Source: Tubulanus polymorphus (lineage: Eukaryota > Animalia > Nemertea). From it: a stretch of 64,000 bases of DNA. Made by a program: the position numbers and the translations under genes. The number at the start of each line of letters is the position of its first letter. Position 1 is the first letter of the stretch. Below, piece after piece: positions 1 through 10,400 of the stretch. Location: NCBI RefSeq assembly GCF_964204645.1, contig NC_134032.1, positions 10,342,275-10,406,274 on the forward strand, given 5' to 3'. Under the pieces are notes generated by a model. That model was given only the letters and a program-made list of their open reading frames with translations. It did not search any database and was not told the origin of the DNA.

Positions 1-337
1 ATTTATTGCAGGTTACCAGAACTGACCCAGCCGATGAAAAGAAACAAGGTTTCATTTTAGCCGAAAATTTGATTTTGATAGTCCTTTCCAGAAAAATGGC
101 TTCCCTAAATTCCCTTGAAGTCTGCAAGTGTCTGAATGATTCGATGATATCAGAGGGGGGGATTAATGGATGCAACCATTTTTAAAGGGTGGATTTAACG
201 AAGCCATGGGGGGATTTACAGAAGCAGCTGCCCTATGCTCCGACATTGCAATTTAGGCGATTTTGTATCATCTGAAAGTAGAAATAGATACGAATGGAAC
301 TTGACGTAACTGATATGAAAAGTTGAATAAATCCTAC

Positions 338-646
338 CTTAGTGTGCGAGGCGACCGACAAGCGAGAATCGACTTCACTTGACTTTCTGTAATACCGTCC
401 AGTAGCAGTTGCAACTTCTGTAACTCCCCCCGGGCTATCGTTTCGAATATCTTATGCTTGCGTACTTCGATGTGATCGATGTTGTTGTTGGAGCCGAGTC
501 CCTGCCAGGCCCAGGCCGTCTCGTGGCCCGCACTGAGCAACGTTTCCGTCAATTCAGACGACGCCAGTTTGGCCGCTAGGTTTCGCCTCTGCGCTGGTCA
601 GCTGGCGATATTCGTAGATAAATAACCAGTTTGTAAGCTAGAGTTT
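338..646 (-). CDS. Exon of an ankyrin-repeat-like gene continuing beyond the left edge; contains an in-frame TGA at 600-598
   Basis: Strong acceptor ttttctttttcaattcataacag|, donor AG|GTAGGA. The 3' part reads ...KHKIFETIARGELQKLQLLLDGITESQVKSILACRSPRTLR, resembling a first ankyrin repeat (IFxxIxxGxxxxLxxLL). Confidence 0.55.
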
Positions 647-1105
647 CTGTTATGAATTGAAAAAGAAAATTTCTTTCCTATAATTCTACCAAACAACGAG
701 CCACGAACTCCCTAAAAGTGCCCTTCAAAATGTCAGTGAGTGTCAAAAGACTTGGGCCAAGATTTTTCGAAATTAGGATACAAGTACATATACCGATATC
801 ATGTTTTTTTTAAACAAAAGCAATCAATTCTCAAATAATTTATTCAGGTATACCCGGGTACTTAAAGATCTGTCTTTTTTCAATAGGAAATTGTCCCTTT
901 TCATGGTGAATATGCCCTTTTTGTAATAGAACTGCCCCTGAAAGAAAACCTCGATACGGGCCTGTTTCTCCTTACGTTTCGGGTGGAAGCCACCCATCAT
1001 CAGAGTCTATTTTGAAAACGACTTAGTGTTTTCTCGATTATGCTGAAGACTGGAAATAGTGTCAACTATCTAAAAAAAAAACGTCTGCAACGTCTTCACA
1101 CATAC

Positions 1106-1224
1106 CTTAAACTTTCTTCGAACGGGTTCTTTCCTATTTCCACCCCTTTCTTATCTGGCGCTCGGAACGCCTCGCAGATCTTCGCGTGCTGGTGACCGAG
1201 TTTACACTTATACGTCAATATCAT
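1106..1224 (-). CDS. Upstream exon of the same locus (MILTYKCKLGHQHAKICEAF...NPFEESLR); N-terminus or uORF
   Basis: ATG at 1224, donor AG|GTATGT in phase 2, joins exon 646-338 in the same frame as the ankyrin-like segment. Confidence 0.45.
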
Positions 1225-1499
1225 ACATACACACACGTTTATACGATATTTACGAGTATCTGATTCATCAACCTTCGACCGAAGTCTCAAAAGTCATTCG
1301 CGCAACGTAAATGTACGTAAGCGAAGCCGTAGTCATAGCCGGATAGAATGACATAGGTCGGACCGGTGTGTGTGTGTGATAAGTTTATTCACGAGAATAT
1401 ATTAGCCACTGATAAGAAAGTTTGCATACAATGTATCTGTTATGTGTCAGGTCGAACCGAAATGACTTAACGATTATGTAAGTTGTCATATAAGGAGCT

Positions 1500-1967
1500 C
1501 AGACCATTATTCCAAAATCTTTTTTATCCTGTAGTAGAATTTCGGGATATGAATTCAAATTTGAGCGCATTTTAACAATGGGTAGTCCTGCTTATGGCTG
1601 CTAGGCCAGCGTCTTAGCTACGCGTGGAAGGGTTTTCGCCCCACCTACCCAACCTAGTTTTTGGAACAAACCTTTAGAAAAGGGAAGTATGCCCGTATAG
1701 GTATGCCAGTACATCCGCGTCGAATATCGAAGGGAACTCTCGTGTTTGGTACCCTTAATACGGACAAAAAAGGTCCAGGTAAGCCCCTATTTCACCATCA
1801 ATCTGTCTTCCAGGACCAATGGATTTCATACATATAACCGAAATTCGTTATCCTATCCAAAATGCAGAATTATGGCAATATTTTTGGAAGGCCTCTTTAT
1901 CATTCTAGGTACTATTTTTGGGGTCTGGCCCTACGCATCTTGAAGCTACTAACCTAATTGTGGTCTG
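1500..1967 (+). mobile_element. ~470 bp non-autonomous TIR element (CAGACCA family)
   Basis: Termini CAGACCATTATT...AATTGTGGTCTG; homologous along its length to 60859-61341. Confidence 0.85.
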
Positions 1968-2989
1968 ATACCATTCTAGTACCGGACGCATAGAACAACT
2001 TCATTCGCTGTGAATCAGGAATATTCCAAGGACAAGAAAACATTCGAAAAAACGTGGTTTTTTACTTTCTCTTTTGGTTTATTGGCATTGTTTAATGTAC
2101 ATATAGAAATGGTAGAAAATACGATAAAAATTAAATCATTACTTTTTGTTAATTTTCAATAAATAACAATTAGACATAGATCGCCATTTTGAAGATTAAG
2201 ATATTACAATATTTTACACATTTATGAGTACGTATTATCATGTATATCAAGACCTCCTGTTAAAGCCAGACCCCTTTCACTAATTTGACTCAGCGCCGAC
2301 GCGTTCAACTAGTCCACAGAAGATAGGTTGGTTTCATAGACCAACATCAACCTAGGGGCTGATTGAAGACCAGTTTTAGTTCTAAACCCGAACTAGTTTT
2401 ATAAACCAGGACCCAAGGTTCTATAGTTCTGAGTTGATGTTGATCTCGGAGTTAACTCGAACTCGAAACAAAAATTCTGTGGAACTCTCGATCCGAGCAC
2501 CTCGGCCGCCTTAGAATACCAGTTCGAACGCTGATACCAGTTTCATGGACAATTTTTTACCTAGAAGTCGTTTTAAAACCGATAGATATTACTTAAACCC
2601 TTTCGTTGTTTTCGTTGTAAGGAAAACTTCTCCATAAAATTGGTCCCAGGCCTTGATGGCTTTCCCCAGTTCATCGAATCGGCTGAGCGGGAAGCCTAGC
2701 TTTACACTGACCGTCAAATAGTTCTAGATATTGTGACGTACACACAGTTTACCTATATTCATTTTATACTGTGCGATTTTCAAAATACATCAAGATTTTA
2801 ACGACTAAAATTTTATTTAAAATATATGTATATAATATAATATGTTTCGTGTAATTTACTGCATGTGATTGTGTTTGTGATTTGAAAAAAATACGAACTT
2901 TCGACACGACTGATAATTGTTGTTACCATATACCAACGGCTCCGTTGTTTCACAGTTCGACGCCAGGTGGAGCCCTCTCGACGATGCGA

Positions 2990-3500
2990 CGCTGTAGTAT
3001 CCACGGTAACAATCGAGAACTGCGCGTATTTAATCGCTTATGATAATGCGGACTTCTGATTGGTTGTCACCTGGGAAATTTATGCAAATAATGTTGACGT
3101 AACAATTGAATCGAACCATATCCCTTGTTGCCGTGGATATCGAATTTGATCTCGGCCAATTTGTAGAAATTGCAAATATTTTTTTTTTCGTCTTTAAAAT
3201 CGGGATTCGTACGCGTCTGCTACTTAGTGTCCCTGATGGTGTGTAGATGGCGCTAGTGGTAATGTCCGTCGCTATTGGTTGAATGTCACGACCACGTGAA
3301 CGAAGCCACCAATAGACTAGCGATTAACACGAACCCGATTGGTCGGACTGATTCGCAGGCAAGACTATGGCCGCCATCTACAACATAAACACATATGACG
3401 TTATTTGCCACTTGATATCAAACGACTAGACGCGCACATCTTATTCTTTATCGAAACTATGCAATCTATATCACAGTTAAGCGGCCATGTTTGATCGCGC
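2990..3500. promoter_or_regulatory. Probable promoter region of the left-edge gene
   Basis: X-box-like GTATCCACGGTAAC (2997-3010) and GTTGCCGTGGATAT (~3128), about five CCAAT/ATTGG boxes, YY1-like GCCGCCATC (~3370) and GCGGCCATGTT (~3481). Confidence 0.45.
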
Positions 3501-6500
3501 ACGATTTTGGCGAGAAGAATCCTCGCTTGCAAGGGTTTGATTGCCTCACGCCAACTTCACCCTGTCCTGCCAGCGTGGTTGTCTCCACAGATTTCCGTCG
3601 CTCTACGATGCTAATGTAACCAACTGTGGTACATCAAACACTAAGCTTATTGGTGAAACGCCAACACAAACCCTGGCTGCAGACCGTCGTTGGTCTATTA
3701 CACCGCCGAAGAGTTCTTGAGCGGACGGTTGCCGCTCAGTGGCCACCAGTCTATATTTCTTGCCAATCAGGCGTTGCATTTGAGCGAATGGGCGAGAAGA
3801 TGCGAGATTGAGTAGTCCAAACGGCAAGGCAAAAATAAGTTCCCCAAATCGTGCGCTATCCAAAATGGCTGTTTTGAACTGGGTCCCAGTTTTTCACGAA
3901 ATTCATTCGATGGTTATCATATATTTGAAAAAATTATGTTATCGTGATGAAAAAAAACACACGAAGCATATATTATGAACTACCACCATGGTTATTGATA
4001 ATGTATACGAACAATTAATACGAGTAACACAACCACGATATTCAAAGCGATGAAAAAATAAAATTCGTTAGATACACAGAACCACAGCGGTTGGACAGAT
4101 GGATGAATGATTTAGATTAAAATAACAACAAAAAAGAAAAACACATCCTCTTGCTCGTATAGGGGTCAGATACGCCCGTCTTGGCAAATTCCTCTCCCGA
4201 GGGTTCGACCCCGGTTGCCCAAGACATTCTGGAATCAAAGGCAGGCTTCATAAATGCCCTATGACATCATATACTCCTTAAGACCTCGAAGGTGCCTTAA
4301 TTAATCGCCTTATGACATCGTCAAATTTAAAGAAATGGCTGCACCCATAAACATCATTGGAAATATCATCAAAATGAGAACTTCTGAATGTGGTAGAGGT
4401 GTCCTTAGTGAATGATGCCATATGCAGGTGCACTTATGAGACTTGTATAGCAAGTCAATCAAATCTTTTTGAGCGCCCTTTTTCACTTTATCAACAAAGA
4501 TAATAGGAGCGTTTCAGTGCGGGGATATGCTTTATAGTGCCCTCAAGACATCGAAGTGCTAGCTTTCGGGCTTGACAAGTTCTTCAACATTAGATCCTCA
4601 GTGCTGGAATACACCTTTCTGGACATCAAAGTGCCCTTTTGGGATGTGGCAACGCCTTCGAAATTGGCCCTGGATCCGCCCTTGATGGGGATCCAAAGGA
4701 TCTAGCCATGGTCTGTCTTAAGAGTGATATGAGTTATTAGAAGATGCGACTTTGTGACTAAGATTCATGCTTTTTATCTGAAACAAGAAGAAACACTAAA
4801 GACTACTAGCTACACCTATTGGCGCTTTTCTGTACCCACTCAACCAGTAGAAGTGGATGCAGACATGCTCACACTGTATTTCTTTTATAGAATTTTTAGA
4901 GAATTTTTTTTCTCGAATAAATCTCACTGATTTCCATGCGAAAGATAGAAAGAAAACAGAAGTGACTAGTTTATGAAATAAGTTTGGTTGAGGTTTCTTT
5001 TTGTCAAATAGACCTTTAGTAAGAATATTTTCTTCGCTTTAGGTTTGAGGATTTTCAAAATTTATCTGAAACATAGCTTTTATGTTTTGCGTTTTGAAGA
5101 TACATGTACAATCGATCGACTCTAAGTTTAATTCATGCACCCTAGAAAATCTCACACGAATGGAAGAAAAAAACACGGAGTTGAGTGAGTAATACCCTTC
5201 CAGAAAACCAGGATGCCTCATATGAATCCCCCTATGACGTTACCCATTTAGAGTCTTGATCTGTAGTTAAGCCATGGGGGAATTAATAGAGGCAGCCGCG
5301 TTATTCTGAATAGGATCTACATGCTGCGCCATCTACAGGAATACCTGATTGACTAGCACGGTCTATAGGTTCAGTGACTAGAAGCGATTGGTCAGCTGCC
5401 TGATCATAGGGTATAGTGACAGTTATAGGGGGCGCCACTGGGTGACTTTCGTCTGCTGCCGGGGATAGTTGTTGAAGAACGGGTTGAATTTTGACAGGAG
5501 TTGCCGTGGTAACGACTGAAACACATTTCACAACGAAGAATCAGCAGAAGATAAGCATAGGGTTTGTTGAAGACTGTAGGTAGAGCAGGCGGATCTAAAC
5601 GACGCCCTGGCTGCTCGAACCCCGAATTTTACTCAGAGCAGAGCCCCGGTTATTCTGGTACCCACGAATGAATGATGAAATATATATTTCCCGATCGCAG
5701 GATCCAGCCTCCACCACCGTTTGAAAGGACATCCATATGACACAGCATATTCAAATTTATTCAGTTTCAACGTGGATTCTAAAACGAATTCATTTTAGAG
5801 TCCATGTTTCAGACAATCGCATATTTATCATTAGTCAATCCTTTTCATAGAATCCAGATACGCTGAATCACGTTAAGGTTTTAAAAAGGAAGAGGATGAC
5901 TCTAATTTCTAAAAATCGTTTTGAAATTCATATTGAAGTGATCAATTTCCCATTAAACATCTTGACTGTTGGGTGGATGATAACTCTTATTTTAAGAGAT
6001 ACGCAATAAATGTAAGCTTTCACACGAAGCAAGAACTAGTAGCGCAACCATGGGCAGATTCGCAGTGCGAGATAGAGAAAAACATTCGCATTTTCAAGAA
6101 TGAATAAAAGCATACATGGTATTATTCTATTTTCAGGACTCGAACCCATTTATAAATACATATTGCAGATTTTCCCCACGGACACACCACTTACGCACAC
6201 ACAAACGCACGCACGCACGCACGCACGCACACACAGATAATTTTAGAAAGATAAACCGTTAAAACATGAATAATTTGAGATATGATAGAAAAGCCGAATA
6301 GAATTTTAAAACAAACGGTTATATAAGAATAGCGTGTTATTAGTAAGGTGCTGATTGGTCAATCTGAGCAACCACGTGTTGTCGCCATTAGATCTGACGT
6401 CATAATCACGTGATCAACACGATATATAAACACAAAGGGAACATTGTGTGAAACGCCGGAAACGGATGGTGGATGAACTTTTAGTACGTGACACTATGGG

Positions 6501-7290
6501 AATGGGGTACCCACAACCCGCCAGGTGTCACTAGTGTACAGCACGACGTCAACGCTGGATTTCTTCTCAAACTCCACTGACAATTTCTCAAATTCTATAG
6601 AAGATGCATGATGTGCGAAAATCCTGCCACATGTGAACTCTTAAGACTAATTCTAGTTTATCTAGATGCATGATTTGCCCAATTTCTGGATTGGATCATG
6701 ACCGAAAACTGAGATTAAAGTTAATTGAAAATAAACTAATTTTGATCGAGCTGTCTGATATCTCAGTGGCGCCATCTGACATGATAGCTGGTGTGCCGGT
6801 ACCCCATTCGAATGATTTGTCAACTTGGGTCCAGTTCCACAAAAAACTTTTTTCCATGAAACTAACGTCTAGTGCTTACGTCTAGTCAATCAGCGCTCTC
6901 CATTTCAACCACTGCGCGTCTAGCCAACCAGGTGCTCAGTATTTAAAACCAATTTGCATATTTCTAGCCACCAATCATCGCTTTCTACTTCAACTATTCG
7001 ATGTAATCTAGCCAACCAGCGCTCTCTGAACGACGTATGTAAAGCGGCACGCTAAATTCTGTTTTCGAAAAATCGTCTTGCCAAATGCATAGGACCGGTG
7101 GCCGTAAATAGTTAGTCGAAGCCCCATGAATAATAAATACATTGATGTCGTGGTCTATGTGGCACATCAAACATAATGATATAACATCAGAAAAAATGAA
7201 GATAAAGCCATAACAAAAAACCGGCTCAAACAAAGCCAAACGACAATATAGCAATAGAGAAAAACCCAAGCATTTGGTAACATTTTTTTT

Positions 7291-7430
7291 TCAGTAAGAT
7301 AATTTGAATTTTAAATGAGCTCTCACTTGCCGGTGGATGGAATCGATGAAAAGAGAGAGGGTTTTAGATACACGGCGATAGGTAAGTCGAAAGAATGACG
7401 GTAATACGAATAAAGCTATGCACATCAACC
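7291..7430 (-). CDS. CUB gene probable last exon: rest of TM + basic tail (LMCIALFVLPSFFRLTYRRVSK...KLSY*)
   Basis: Acceptor cctcacttgccag|; completes a ~22-residue hydrophobic helix followed by RLTYRR (positive-inside pattern). Confidence 0.6.
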
Positions 7431-10400
7431 CTGGCAAGTGAGGACGGCTTTACGAGGAAAATTGTAAAAATACCAAAAGAAAAACAAACGAACAAACTAA
7501 CAACAAAACAACATCATGTGATCACGTGATTAATAATGACGTAATGCGTGTGATTACGTGCGTGGTTGCTAAGCAACCAACGTACCCGACGCGGCTAACG
7601 TAACCAACGTTGCTTTCGGTCTGATGGGAACGAGTTCGGATTGTTTGGCGGGCGGTAGCGGTTTGTATTTAATCAAATCCGTCGTGACCAGATTTCTAGT
7701 TCCTAAGTATAGAGATATTCATAGAATCATTTACACAATTTCAACAGAGAACAGTCGTTTTAAAAGTAAGAATTTCGAATTTTTGAACTAACATGACACT
7801 TAAAACACTTATATAACTGCAGGTCCCGGGTTACTGGAGAAAGACGACTGCCTCCTTCAACCCCTATGACATCATGGCCAATAGCATCTATAAATACTTT
7901 ATCACATCGTTGATCCAAAATCACTTATAATGTCCTTTGGACCTTAGCATGTATTTACTTTGTATATATTTTGAGTATAAATCAAGTTTTTGTGAAGAAT
8001 TAAAAAAAATATCGTTGACAAGTTACGGAAAAGAAGCTTGAAAGGCTTTGTGAATGTGAAAATCAGTGACGTCATAGGGTGAAACCGGAGGCAAGCATCT
8101 CTCCAAGACGGGGCTTAGGCATCCCTTGTACTAATAGCAAGATTATGATAGGGTGCACGATGGTCTTCTGTGGTGCTGTTTAATGATCGCAACTCATGAC
8201 AGCGTAAAGTTTTAAGGTATCGCATTGCAGCGCATTCACTACAAGGCTTCTATAAGAGTTGATAGGCTACTATTCGATCTAAATCGTTTTGTCGAAACTA
8301 AAAGCATCTTGTTCTAAAAAGCGCACAGGATTCCTATATAGCAATAGATAGAAAGTAAACATGTTTCAAATCTGAATGAAATTAATTCTTAATGATTTTT
8401 CAGTCGAAATTGATACCATAGATCCCAGCGCCTACTTCCGCCGTTAGGAGTCAAATTATTTCTATTTTCAAATTTTTGTAACCGTTTTATCGGTTCTTCT
8501 CACTCAGTCCCTCGTCAAATCGAATTAATTCATAAATCTGCTCGAATTCTACCCACATGGAAGGGACCCTACTAAACTGAATCCACTTTCGTTATGCGCT
8601 GAGATTAACGTTAGGTGGCGCTTACCTCTGACGTATTGGTAGTCGAAAAATATCGGCTGGTGTTGAGATATTTGGCCTCGCTTGTGTCGGTAGACGACGG
8701 TGACGTTTTGATCGTGAGACAGATAGTCGAATACGTTGCGATGACGTTGTATGATATTGTGGTCGCAGATCGTGCGCGTGACGTAGTCGTTTTCGACGAA
8801 TTGCAACGAGTCGGAGCAATCTTCTCTGTATACGCGAAAAAGAAATGCATTACGATTAAGACTCTATTTTGGATTTTTTATGGGTCTTTTATACAATTTC
8901 ATCCACGAACAGTCGGATTTGCGAGGAGTGTGGGTTTGCAGTCTTGAACTTTGTGGAAGATACCCCTACCCCCTGCAGCTAGAATCATCGGTAACATCCT
9001 CCCTCGGCAGGGATCCGTGCCTGATGGCATCGCTAGATACCGCAACGGCACGAACCCCTGCCACACTAGACTGGGTGCGCAAGTACACGTTCAGGTTTTC
9101 CGCATGAAAACTTGCGGCACCAATCAATTTCAAGGAAGAACAATACATGGAAAAACTCTGGCTACAATGAAATGGGATTTCTGATTGGCTTATAATGACA
9201 TCACCTAAGCCGCGCACTCGGTCTAGTGTGGCAGGGTTTCATACCGTGGCAATCTCGATGCCATGAGGTTCGAATCCCTGCCGGGGGAGGATTAATGGAT
9301 CACTAAACGATTCAATGGTACATTTTGTGAGAAACCTAGCGGCGGTGGATAGTTGTGTCTCGGCTAACACCGAACCGAATCGGACCGATGAAGCCGAGCT
9401 GATCGGTCACGAATTTTTTTTTCTAATTGACATCTGGCGGCTTTGACTTACTCAAATTCGTAGACGACTATTTCAAATTTAACGCTCATTCCGGGTGGCG
9501 ACGTGAACGTGTAATGGCAGGTGGTGCCCTCTGGTATCTGATGATCGGGAGTGTGGAAATCTCCTCCGTCTAACGAATGTTCGGGCTTGAATTCGTAGTC
9601 GCAAATTGACCCGGGCACAAGTTCACCGGTGTAGTTTACTGGAAAAAGCAACAAATATATTAATATATTACTGAAACGAATTGTTGTAGGTCCACAAGTG
9701 GCAATCGAGGTTCTTGTGCAGATTCACCATATTCGCCATATATATTGGCCATATTGAGGATTTTGGTTATGGCAATTGTGGATGTGTTTGTGCGGAGCAA
9801 CTACTGCGGCAATCAAGGATTCAACGTGATAAGTGAGGATCCACCAGGTGTTGCTTATGTGCAGTAGGACATCAATTACTGCAGTAATCAATGATTTCAC
9901 GTGAGGATCCACCAGGCGTGCTAGCGTGCATTAGGACATCAACTACACTGCGTCAAGTTAAGACTGTTATATAGGGACAAACATATTTGAAAATTCATGA
10001 TTTTATATACCATGGCGACCTACTTTTCCATCTGGTGAGAATTTGCGCGTCGAATCCGTTGTAGTTCCAATTCGGGCCACCAGGGCCGGACACGAATTCC
10101 AACAGTAACGAGTCACCTTGTGATATGAAGTGCTCGCCGGCGACTCCGCATACTCGAGAAATGATCGGGCTGTCCGTCGTGTCGCCTTCGAAAATCTGTA
10201 TGAAATCTTCAGTACAGCCAGGACTGTAAAACATACAAAAAAAACTGGAGATACTTCCAGACAACAGATCCGCGTCATAAGGGCTCAATTTCAAACTTAT
10301 TTTGGTTCGATAGTGAATTTAACAACTTGGTGTGAGACCAGTCTAAGCTCATTTTGGCATGTATAGCAAATCTCACATTCTTAAGGCTGGCTTATGTCGA

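Noticed and set aside
12-48. Possible plus-strand micro-exon (ttattgcag|GTTACC...CAAG|gtttca)
   Set aside because: Weak donor, at the window edge, and no partner exons found.
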